Source: Naegleria gruberi
Lineage: Eukaryota
Strand: one strand, 5' to 3'
DNA: 64,000 nt
NCBI GenBank assembly: GCA_000004985.1
Contig: GG738885.1
Shown: in pieces, positions 21,403-31,900 of the stretch
Position numbering within the stretch: position 1 is the first letter of the stretch
Layout: each line of letters opens with the position of its first letter
Made by a program: the position numbers and the translations under genes
The notes under the pieces: generated by a model
What the model saw: the letters and a program-made list of their open reading frames with translations, nothing else
Told to the model about the DNA's origin: nothing
The model's database searches: none

Positions 21403-22233
21403 ATGGGATCCCGATCTTCCACTCCTTCAAAACATAAATCAAACACAGCCACTCAACAACAAATGTCAGTCGCTAAACCTTCTGCAGAAGAGAAACCAGC
21501 CATCATTATTGATAATGACAAAATATCCTATCCAATAATTGCTCTCGGAGATTCCATTACTAAAGGTTACTATGCTCGGGGAACAAACTTTCATCCCTAT
21601 TCTGTTAAATTAAATCAATTAATTTCCAAGGCTAGTACAAGAGTTTATGAATTTGGATTATCGGGAGAAACAACAGAAAAGATGAAGGAAAGATTGAAAC
21701 GATTGATTGATAAAAAACCGAGTATTGATGATCAATTGGCGCACTTTATTGGAGATAATTATGATAATATTCCAGAAAATGATAGAGGACCAATGCACCT
21801 TCCTATTAATGAGTTTAGGGGTGCCATCATTATTGGAGGAACGAATGATCTTGCTTATGGATTTTCAAGTGAAAAGATTGCAAACAATATTATTGGAATG
21901 TATGAGTATTGTTTTTCGAGAAATGTAGATTGGATAGTTGCTTGCTCGATACCTTCTTCAAAATATGATGCAGATGATAGCCCTTCACTGGTGAAAGTGT
22001 TGGAAAAGAAGGCTAAAGTTAATGAACTAGTCAAGGAATATATAAGAGCTGAACAAGAATCAGGAAGAAAAATTATTCATGTTGATTTCATGAATGAATT
22101 GAACTATAGCACATGTTCAGAGGAGGATAAAAACCTGTGGGATGATTCTCTGCATTACACTCCCGCTGGTTCGGATAGAATTGCTGACATTCTCTTTCAA
22201 CATTTGGAAAAAACTGGATGGGTTACAAATTAA
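21403..22233 (+). CDS. SGNH/GDSL-family hydrolase (lipase/esterase/acetylhydrolase-like), possibly N-myristoylated
   Basis: Block I IIALGDSITKGY (GDS(L) catalytic Ser). Block III IIGGTNDL. Block V DDSLHYTPAGSDRIA (DxxH). N-terminal MGSRSS fits a myristoylation consensus. Confidence 0.65.
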   Translation: MGSRSSTPSKHKSNTATQQQMSVAKPSAEEKPAIIIDNDKISYPIIALGDSITKGYYARGTNFHPYSVKLNQLISKASTRVYEFGLSGETTEKMKERLKRLIDKKPSIDDQLAHFIGDNYDNIPENDRGPMHLPINEFRGAIIIGGTNDLAYGFSSEKIANNIIGMYEYCFSRNVDWIVACSIPSSKYDADDSPSLVKVLEKKAKVNELVKEYIRAEQESGRKIIHVDFMNELNYSTCSEEDKNLWDDSLHYTPAGSDRIADILFQHLEKTGWVTN

Positions 22234-23230
22234 TATAATTTGAATTAATTGAACAAATTGGATAATAATAATTTGTTTTTTTATGAGGTCATCTTCCCCT
22301 ACATAACACTTTCCTTTGATTCCATAAATTACAGAATAGTCAATACACTTGGAGAGGCACAATAAGAAACAAATTTGTAGAGCGATTGTTCGAATCTTAC
22401 TGTTTTTCAACATGAACGCAATGAAATGGATAATAACTCATATGGTCGTTCATTTTTGATACCATCTTTGTCATCCCCCTTGCGAGATATTCTTTCTTCA
22501 AGTTCCACCACCTTAAAAGACCACTCACTTGTTTATAGCTTCATCTCTGATTATAATTGATACTACTTCTCTCAATATAGCCACGCTTATTGATACCACA
22601 TTTGATGATCGCAAAGATACCACATCCACAATACACGATATCGAACATTAAGCGAATCTACCTGCGGTTCGAATACCTTAATAAGATTGTTCAATGGTTC
22701 TATTCCGTAGCTCTTTACAACCATATCAGAAAATTTTCGATAAATAAGGCTTGAGAAATTTGTCTGTTCACATGTTTTTGGCCTCCAAAAAACAAGTCTC
22801 CCATGTCGTGGTCTCAGTTCCAGTAGTCCCTTTCTTCCGCTCTAGCATCTTAAGCAAAGCAGGTGATAATGCATTTGTTGGTGAGGCAAAAAGGGGAAAT
22901 TGTTGGTGTTGATGATGTTTTGCTTAAGAAAAAATCAAACAAGGGGTATTCTTCATCATATCACCTTGATTCGCACTTACCATCATACTCATCATCACGT
23001 TCATCGATTAACTGAGGCAATATTATTGCTTAGTGGTGCGGTAATCCTAACATTATTGATTTTTTATTGTCGAAATTCAGATTTTATCTGAGAGAAAACA
23101 TACTTTCTAAAATAATTGGAGTCTAACACTCAGTCGTGTTGTGATTGATAGACTTACAAGGAATTCATTTTCTACTACTCTGCATACATATACTCTTTGA
23201 ATTTTTACAAATCATCTCACCTTAATATCA

Positions 23231-24841
23231 ATGGCATTGGTTATAGTGGATCCAGATGGAAAATCACCTTCCTATATAAATGATATTCGATCATCTCAAC
23301 AGCATCAACAACGGGAGCAGGTTTCCACCGATCATTTATTGATTCATCATCAACATTTATCCAACTCTGCATTAGATGCATCACCAACACAATGTGAGCT
23401 ATCATGCAACCACCCCATCTCTCGTACAATTCCAATGCATCATAATGTTACTATGGGAGCCTCAACTTTGTTAACAACACACTCAGTCGGCGCTCAAGAC
23501 AAATGCCCAGAGAAGGATATATCAAGAATGAATAGCTCCATAAATACGTATGACCTTAATCAATACTCACCTAGACCAAATATGCCCAGTGAACCCTCGC
23601 GCTCTGATGGCGAATTATCTAAAAACGAAGGCACGCAACTCTCAATCTCTGTTCATGGTCACTCTCAATTGTTTACTGTTGACAAAGTGGGGCAATATGT
23701 CCAACAAGTTTATAGCCAAGACCCTAAAAACAGTGAGGATTGCCTTCCAAAATCAGATACTCGAATCTGCACGTTCTCCAAATATCAAAGTAATTTCCAA
23801 TATTACGCAAAAAAAGAAAGTGAACATTATCGCAATCAATCAATGAACTGGGTTCATTCAAACAATCACCTCATGATGATGGATAATAATAAGGGTTCAC
23901 AATTAAACCCATTACAGAAAGATCAACCATCACACTCTTCAACACAGCAGCAGCAATTGTCCCAACATCATCACATAATTGACTCTACTCAGAAAAACAC
24001 CCTTAATTCTCCACAGCATTGCATCATGAACCAAGAGAATAAGTCCATGCCCACTACAATGCCAAATAATACTTCTAGTAGTAGTAGTAGGAGCAGTAAC
24101 ATGGTAAATCATTACATGTCTCCATCAAAGAATCACATCTTAACTCTTAATAATACTATTCCTCTCACAACTACCTCATCATGTACATCAACTAAAATCA
24201 TATCTACCTCTTCACTCTCTGAAACAAATCAACAAATCACATGTCCTACAAATCATCATGTTCTCCAGCAACACATGTACCCATCCTCTCAACATGCCTT
24301 AACAACATTGGGATCCTGCTCTGGTAGCTCATGTAACAACAGCTTGAGTGGAGGGGAAGAGAATAGTACCACAACAACCAGTGAAAAGGTTCAAAGCTCA
24401 CAAACCAAAACAAGCAATAGCAGGTCGAGAGCAACCAAAACTCCTCGTAAAAAGTACCGAAGAAGTCTATGTATTGAGGAGAGAGATTTACTTAGAGTAT
24501 TGCATTTACCACAAACTCAGGCATGTAGCTCGTTGGGGTGTAGTCTTTCAACTTTAAAGAGGAGATTTTACGAACTCAAAGATAAGATTGGTATTGATAA
24601 ATGGCCACAATTCTACAATGATATTAGACATTTAGAGGCCTTTCCACACATTTATCCAATGTCTTTGGAGTTTGTAATGAACGATGAACAAGCCAATGAA
24701 AAATATCTATCAACAGAATGTATGCATGCATTATCAAAAGCATTTGAATGTAGTACATTGGCAAAACCATCACAGAAGGGATATGCCAAATTGGTTTTTG
24801 CTGACCCTTCACATGGCATTTCTAAAAAGAAAAAGAAGTGA
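23231..24841 (+). CDS. Low-complexity S/T/Q/N/H-rich protein with a C-terminal RWP-RK-like putative DNA-binding domain
   Basis: C-terminal IEERDLLRVLHLPQTQACSSLGCSLSTLKRRFYELKDKIGIDKWP resembles the RWP-RK domain (LxxYFxLPIxxAAxxLGVxxTxLKRxCRxxGIxRWP). The assignment is tentative. Confidence 0.4.
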   Translation: MALVIVDPDGKSPSYINDIRSSQQHQQREQVSTDHLLIHHQHLSNSALDASPTQCELSCNHPISRTIPMHHNVTMGASTLLTTHSVGAQDKCPEKDISRMNSSINTYDLNQYSPRPNMPSEPSRSDGELSKNEGTQLSISVHGHSQLFTVDKVGQYVQQVYSQDPKNSEDCLPKSDTRICTFSKYQSNFQYYAKKESEHYRNQSMNWVHSNNHLMMMDNNKGSQLNPLQKDQPSHSSTQQQQLSQHHHIIDSTQKNTLNSPQHCIMNQENKSMPTTMPNNTSSSSSRSSNMVNHYMSPSKNHILTLNNTIPLTTTSSCTSTKIISTSSLSETNQQITCPTNHHVLQQHMYPSSQHALTTLGSCSGSSCNNSLSGGEENSTTTTSEKVQSSQTKTSNSRSRATKTPRKKYRRSLCIEERDLLRVLHLPQTQACSSLGCSLSTLKRRFYELKDKIGIDKWPQFYNDIRHLEAFPHIYPMSLEFVMNDEQANEKYLSTECMHALSKAFECSTLAKPSQKGYAKLVFADPSHGISKKKKK

Positions 24842-25180
24842 TTACAAAGTGTTGGGATTGAAAGGTGTAAAGTGAAATAATCGCAAAGTATCTCAAATAA
24901 TTTGAAATCAGATTATTTCCTTGTTAGATATTGGTATCCATCATCTTTTTGTGGTTATTTCATTAATTTTCATAATCATGATATTTCGAGAGATTGTATT
25001 GAGAAGAATTTGTTTGAATGAACATGGAACAAGATATGTCACCTGTTCATCTTCAAATTGAAAGTTCGACAGCAGTTAAAAACGCAAAATGAGGGATTTA
25101 ATGAGTCGACTCTGAAGTGGCGGAAAGAATAATATACAGTAGAGAGGAGAAGTTATAATAATAATAATGGTTTCAATTGT

Positions 25181-26201
25181 TTACAACAGACTACATTTGC
25201 CAGACTTCTTCTTTTCTGAGCTTTGATCTGGACTCTTTGGATCCAAAACACATTCGATAACATAGTTGAAAGTTTCCTTCAATCCTTCTTGTGATTTAGC
25301 AGAACATTCCGAATAGTATTGAGCTCCAACTTCCTTGGCTACTTTTTGTCCTTCTTCTGAAGACACTACTTGTAATCCTTCTCTTTGAAGATAGTCTTTA
25401 TCCTTACGAAGATCAGCCTTAGTTCCTGTGAGAACAATTGGCACTTTTGGACAGTGCTATTTAAATAATTTAAAGTTGTTTGTTTACATGCATGTAACAA
25501 CAGATATGTGTGCACACAAATTTCAACATATATTGATGTTCAACATGTTAAAAGTATAAAGAATAAATAAATCTTTTCAAGTGGTGTAGAGTACTACTTA
25601 CATGTTTAACTTCCGGAACCCACTTGGCCTTTACGTTCATTAAACTTGTATGATTGACAACAGAGAAGCAGACGAGGAAAACTTGAGCATCAGGATAAGA
25701 CAATGGTCGCAAACGATCATAGCTGAAAATTATTTAGCCTAAAAATTCTTCTACTAGAAGATTACTTACTCACTATTAGAAAGTACAATAAATATTGTTG
25801 ATGAAAATTTGAAATTACTTACTCTTGACCAGCTGTATCCCACAAACCCAAAGATACTGTTGTATTCTTGTACATTACGTTAGCAGACTGTATTTTCACA
25901 ATAAAATTGACGTCAAAATAAAGAGTTTGACAGGTAAATTGTCAAGTAAAAGATGATGAAATAAAGCAGCACCAGCAATGATATTAACAATAATTATTAG
26001 AAACACTCTAATCTCTCAAAATACTTACATAGTTATCAAAGACTGTTGGTACATAGTCTTCTGGGAAAGTATTCGAAGAGAAACTAAACAACATGTCAAG
26101 CTCTCAAAAACAAAACTCATCAACACTACTTACGAAATCAATAAACAAGTTTTACCGACAGCACCATCACCCACAACAACACACTTTATAGAGGTATCCA
26201 T
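25181..26201 (-). CDS. Rac/Rho-family small GTPase, 5 exons (about 26201-26134, 26083-26029, 25887-25823, 25722-25602, 25456-25181)
   Basis: Spliced product [23 protein letters not shown]|[18 protein letters not shown]|[22 protein letters not shown]|[41 protein letters not shown]|[19 protein letters not shown]...KSGKCSLL* aligns along the full length with Rac1, including the CAAX box CSLL. All four introns are GTAAGT...AG (50, 141, 100, 145 nt). Confidence 0.8.
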
Positions 26202-27047
26202 TCTTATTAATTTTTTTCAAGTTGCGCGCGAAAGAGTTTGAATTTTTTTTTGAGTTTTTTAAATTTCAACCGTCGCTGCGAGTTTTTCGCTTCACCCATC
26301 AAATCATTGAGAAAATTTTGTGCAGCCTGAAATTTTGGCTCTTCATAGAATGGCAGCTGTGATGATGATTGGAAATTGTTTGGGCAAATAGTGTGTTGGG
26401 GAAGTGCATTGTTCAGTTGATGTATTGAGTGCTGACTTTTTCTTGGAATGATAAAACACTCCCGAAAGGGGAAGCGTCTTTACAAAAAGAACTTGGAACA
26501 TGTAAGAGCTTATTTGATTGGTGTGGATTAAGGATCATTGTGGTGTAGTGAAGTGGTTTTTGAAATGAATTGTAAATAGCTTGTTCTAAGGGAGAGAAAA
26601 GTTTGGTATTGAGGAATTCGAATAGGCAAGACGAAAGTTGTAGACAATGATGATTTAAATTGGAAATTATTAGAAAAATATGTACGTTGATGAATAAACT
26701 AGTCGACAGGCATCTTTACACATCAAATTTTGGAAACATAGTGCATAATTTACTAACTGACTATTCGAAAGACCTATAATTATAATCAGAAACTGCCATT
26801 TATTCTTGAATTAGTTACCAAGGTCCATTTCCATTATTATGAGATCCTTTTTGCATTCGCTATCCATTGTGTTCGAAACAGGTCATTAGAATTTGCTCAT
26901 CATTTTGAGTTGTCAAAGTACTTTCTCTTCATCTATTAGAAAATGTCAGATCATTGAGACTCTTAACATTTCAAAGAATTTGCAAAGGCGGGAAATATTT
27001 CACATTACAATGATGAGCTAAAGCACAACCATAAAAAAAATCATCAC

Positions 27048-28739
27048 ATGATTTCGTCTGTGCCTCCTCCACAACCTTCTGCAACGGTTGCTGTTGAGGA
27101 TCTCCATCATCAGCCTAGGACCAAATTTACTAACCAGGGCAATAATGAATTGCCTCATCATCATCATCAGCATGATGGTATGGTGGATGATGAAGAGGAG
27201 AGTGTTATGATTCGTTATCATGATCGTCAGAATAATTTTGGAATTTCTGGTAAATTAATTCATGATCGAGATGATGATCAGCAGGGTGTTGGTGGTTCCG
27301 ATCATATGAAGAACAATATCGAATTTCAAAATGTTGAATTATCTTCAAATAATAATGGAAAAGTAATAATGGAGAGGAAGGAGAAGGAAATATTGAGTGA
27401 TCATGGAAATAGAATTGATAGTCAACAACAGGAAGTGGTAAATAATTCATCATTGGAACCAAAAGACAAATATCACATGATTACAATAATATTCTTCATT
27501 CAGGGAATGGGTGAATTATTTCCATGGAATGCAATGTTATCAGCTGTGGATTACTTGTTGGCTCTTTATTCTGAACAAAAAGTCATGTTGTGGATGACAT
27601 CTGTATATAGTTTGATTACTTTAGTGACATTGTTGCTATTGATTAAGTTTGGAACTCATATTAGGTACAGATATAGGATTTATATACCTTATGTAATATT
27701 GATTGGATTATTGATTGCTGTTCCATTACTTTATGTGATTATTGGAAATAGATTGGCTGAATTTATTATTCTAATGGCGATTGTCTCAGTAATGGCTGTT
27801 TGCACAGGATCTATTCAGTCTTCAGTTTATGGAATTTCCAGCAAGTTACCTCATCACTATATGAATACGGTAGTGTCTGGAAGTGCTTTTGCTGGTCTAT
27901 TTATTAGCTTATTGAGGATTTTAACAAAGGTTACCATAGAGAGTGGGTATGAGGAAGTTCCTATTGAGATATTATCAACCTCAACAATTATTTACTTTTC
28001 GTTTTGTGCAGCTCTCAACGTGGTTTGCATTGCTACCTTTATCATTTTGGAAAGGTCACCATTTGTTCAATATTATTTGAATCAGAAAGTGGAAGATCAA
28101 GCTGATGCTAATAGAGATCATGCTGAAATTACATCAATTAAGAACATTTTGACAAATATTTTCAAGAATGTTTGGATTAATTGCTTGACTATATTCTTGA
28201 ACTTTTTCGTATCATTAACAATTTTCCCAGGCCTTTCAAGTGCCATTCCATCCATTTATGTTGGAACCTCTATGGAAACATGGTTGCCAATTTGGTCAAA
28301 TTTGACATTTCAAATCTATGATTTTCTTGGAAGAATTGCATATTATTGGATTGATATATTACCATCTGGAAAATTCATCCCGATTGAGTCACTTCCACCA
28401 ACAACTTCCAAATACGAATTATTTAAAAGAAAATTGAGAGTTTCTACTCAAGAGATAATACTTCTCGTTTTGGTTTTGATGAGATTTATCTTGATACCTT
28501 TATTTATATTTTGCTTGAATCCAATGCTTTTTAAACATGATGCAATTCCATTGATATTCATGTTTGTCATGTCATTGTCAAATGGTTATTTCAACAGCAT
28601 ACTCATGTCGAGTGCTCCTAAGAAATTTGTAAATTTACATGAGAAGGAAATCACAGCAACAACAATGACATTCTTTTTATTGTTGGGAATTTCTGTGGGC
28701 TCAAATTTTGGTCTAATTTTAGGATTAATACTGCTTTAA
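27048..28739 (+). CDS. Equilibrative nucleoside transporter (ENT/SLC29 family) with an N-terminal His/Asp-rich extension
   Basis: ENT signature ...FFIQGMGELFPWNAMLSA... (GxGxLxPWN). About 11 predicted TM helices. 563 aa. Confidence 0.7.
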   Translation: MISSVPPPQPSATVAVEDLHHQPRTKFTNQGNNELPHHHHQHDGMVDDEEESVMIRYHDRQNNFGISGKLIHDRDDDQQGVGGSDHMKNNIEFQNVELSSNNNGKVIMERKEKEILSDHGNRIDSQQQEVVNNSSLEPKDKYHMITIIFFIQGMGELFPWNAMLSAVDYLLALYSEQKVMLWMTSVYSLITLVTLLLLIKFGTHIRYRYRIYIPYVILIGLLIAVPLLYVIIGNRLAEFIILMAIVSVMAVCTGSIQSSVYGISSKLPHHYMNTVVSGSAFAGLFISLLRILTKVTIESGYEEVPIEILSTSTIIYFSFCAALNVVCIATFIILERSPFVQYYLNQKVEDQADANRDHAEITSIKNILTNIFKNVWINCLTIFLNFFVSLTIFPGLSSAIPSIYVGTSMETWLPIWSNLTFQIYDFLGRIAYYWIDILPSGKFIPIESLPPTTSKYELFKRKLRVSTQEIILLVLVLMRFILIPLFIFCLNPMLFKHDAIPLIFMFVMSLSNGYFNSILMSSAPKKFVNLHEKEITATTMTFFLLLGISVGSNFGLILGLILL

Positions 28740-28865
28740 TATATTAAGGATTATAATCTTTGCAATATTTCATTCAATTAATCGTATGAAACCCAATTTA
28801 CCATTTTTTATTAAGATTATTAAGGCGAACTTGGTCTGTTATTGAAAATTTGAACACTACCAAGA

Positions 28866-28939
28866 GCGCCGTTAGATCAGTTGGTTAGATCGTCAGCTTT
28901 ACACGCTGAAGGTCAAGGGTTCGACTCCCTTACGGCGTA
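28866..28939 (+). tRNA. tRNA-Val (anticodon UAC)
   Basis: GCGCCGTTAGATCAGTTGGTTAGATCGTCAGCTTTACACGCTGAAGGTCAAGGGTTCGACTCCCTTACGGCGTA folds as a cloverleaf: D arm GATC/GATC, anticodon stem TCAGC/GCTGA, loop TTTACAC, T arm AAGGG-TTCGACT-CCCTT. G1:U72 wobble. Followed by ACTTTTTATC (Pol III terminator). Confidence 0.8.
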
Positions 28940-28964
28940 ACTTTTTATCATATTGATTATTTTA

Positions 28965-31900
28965 TTATTTGTGATTACAAAAATCTTGTGGTTTGGGTCT
29001 TTTACTTGGATCCCGTCTAACCATTTCTGTAATTTGTGTTATCAACTCGGCAGAATATTTGTTGCCAGAACCAGTATTCATTTGATTTTTCAAAATCTCT
29101 TCCACTTGTTCTTCATTCTTTGTCAGGAAATAGTGACTAATGGAGGTGCTTACATCTTTTGAAATAAGTTGATAAAGAGTCACTCCCAATGAATAAATAT
29201 CAGTCTCTGGTCCATAATTCGATCCAAGACCTAATTCAGGAGAGCAATACAATGGCGTTCCAGCGTATGATTTGTTTGAAGTGCTATTGTCTCTGGCCAA
29301 GCCAAAATCTGCCAAAACAATTTGAATGTTAGTATTGGAAATCTCCTTAATAAAAATATTGGACGGCTTAATATCTCTGTGAATTAGTTTCTTTTCATTG
29401 TGAATAAAATCGAGGGCCCTGCCCATTTGTTCAATGATTTGTCTCAAAATTTCCTCCGTACAAAACTCAGGGTTTTTAAGTAAATAGCTCAAATCTCCCT
29501 TCTCATAGTAATCCATTTCAATGAATAGAAGTTCTTCCTGATCAATAAAAAGATCATTCACCTTGACAATATTTGGATGATTCATATTCAATAATTGGAG
29601 ACCTTCCTTCATAAATAAACTCAATTCAGAGTATGAGTTAAATCTCATAGCTTTAAGAACTCTAGGATTATTGTTTTGATCTAAACATTTAAATACTGAT
29701 CCAAATCCTCCAGCTCCAATCTTTTGCAGATTAGAATATCTTGAAAGCGGATTAAAAGCATCTGTTATACTTGAGCTTGATCCGGATTTAACAGATCTAA
29801 CATTAGTTGAAGTTTTAAAGAAATACGAAACCTCGTCAGGATAATCTGAGAAAGTTCCAGTTGTGGTCGAAATATCCAATGTGGAAAGGTTTGAATTTTT
29901 CAATTCTACATCTGAAACTGTAGCAATGGAACTATTAGATTGTTTCTTCTTTTTCTTACATAGCACCACCACAGCAATGACAATTATTATAGCAATTAGT
30001 ACCAAAATCAATAGAATTGAGAGAATGGGCACGAGGGTTGCTATTAAAATGATTCTTGTTGTTGATTCCTCCACAGATGTATTTGAATTGATTTCACACT
30101 GAGTTCCATTCCAATTCTTTTGACAGGAGCAAGTATTTGGAGAAATACATTGTCCTTGATTGGCTCCTCCACAAGCTCCATCTTCAGTTTTTCCAAAACA
30201 AATTGGAATGCAAATTGTTGCATCAATTGAAGATACAGAAAAATTATCTGAGCAGTATGGACTCATTAAGGTAACTCGTTTTCTCAACTCAATCATGGCA
30301 AAAACACCAGTTTTCGAATTGAATGAAAGAGAGATTGGAGTTCCAATGCTAGTATTTGTTGGATACATTGTTGGGGAAGATAAAATATTTGATCCATTAC
30401 CTGCTATAGTAAAGAGTGTTCCATTGGTTGATATTTTCCTAACTCGACTCAATTCTATAAAAAAGACCTCTCCTATTGTATTGACAAAGATGGATTTGGG
30501 ACTTGTCAGCAATGTAGATGATGCAGCATTGACATTTTCTCCAGAATATCCATTACTTCCTTTCAGTCCAGCAATGGTTGAAATAGTTCCCTCTTTTGAG
30601 AATTTTCTAATTCGGTAGATATCTGAAAAGTAGAGTTCTGATTTTTGTTCATGGAAGAATAACCCAGCTGGTTTGTAAATCCCAACAAGAGATCGATCAA
30701 TTCCATCTGAAGTATCATCAGTTCCATTTCCTGAATAAACCTGAAAGTTATTTTCGAAACCGACATAAAGATAAGTTGTTGTGCTTTGAACAGCATCCAT
30801 AAAGTAAATCTTTCCACTTGAATCCACATGAATGAAATCTTTGACGATTGTGAATGAACTGAATAGTGTTTTCACATTTCCATCTTTCGAATATTTCAAC
30901 AATCGTGAATTGTCAATTACATAGAGATTATCATTATGTGAAAAAACAGCTGTCGGTGTCTGCATCTTGAATGAAGAGATGGATCCTTCAGCCATATTAA
31001 TTCCTCCAAGGAAAGGACCTGCATAGGTGTTGAATGTTTTTTGAGCTACATTTCCTTTGATAATTCTATTGTAAGTAATGTCAGTAACATAAAAATCACC
31101 TGTGGAAGCCAATGAAACTCCCACAATTATCTTCTTTCCTTTTGGATCGTTAACGATTCTGTCAGGAAGTCTCCTTGTTCCAAATCCTGCTATTGTTGTG
31201 AAAATAGTCGAATTGGTCGAGTATTTACGAATGACACTATTCAAAGTATCTCCTATTATATAATCTCCATTATTATCCAAACAAAATGAGTGTGGATATC
31301 TCATTCTCGCAAGTGTTCCTGATTGATAATCTCCTAAAAACCCCTTAGTTAATGTTCCAATAAGCTTTTGTTGTTTTATGCTTATATCTAGCACATAGTG
31401 TCCAAATGCATTGACATAATACTTTTCATTGGCATTGGTATAAACAATTGAGGTTGGGGTATGGATAGTGCTAAGAGTTTGAGAGTTTCCGTATACTGAT
31501 TGTGTTGAAATGTCAAAATCTCTAATTAAATAGTTTTTCGTATCAGCCACAGCCAATATTGTCCCTTTCAGAAGAGCAAATCTTGGAAATTTCAACATGA
31601 TATCAGATAAAACTAAAGTGCTAGGTGGTTCTTTGCCTCCGAATTGAGTTCCTAAAATGGTGGAACTGGTTGAATTGAAGACTTTTCGAATTCTATGATT
31701 GAAAGTATCTGAAACAATTAAAATATCTCCAGAAAAACTCAAACCTTGTGGATTATTCAATTGTAAATTCAGTAAATCACTTCCTTCACCATTATATCCA
31801 GGAATTCCACTTCCCATGAATCTATAAATTCGTCCACTTGTTGAATCAACTCTCAAAATCCGATGATTATGTGTATCTGAAATGAATAAATCTTGTGTGG

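Noticed and set aside
22640-22690. GGTTCGAATACC motif resembling a tRNA T-loop
   Set aside because: No D arm, anticodon arm or acceptor stem can be formed from the flanking sequence.
22234-23230. About 1 kb intergenic stretch that is somewhat less AT-rich than other spacers, considered as a possible transposon relic, ncRNA or 5' UTR intron of the 23231 gene
   Set aside because: No terminal repeats, no ORF with transposase or RT motifs, no recognisable RNA structure or conserved motif. Left unassigned.
27018-27462. Minus-strand ORFs 27018..27221 and 27205..27462 overlapping the start of the ENT transporter gene
   Set aside because: Antisense of the His/Asp-rich (CAT/GAT-repeat) N-terminal extension of the ENT gene. 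His-rich in either direction.
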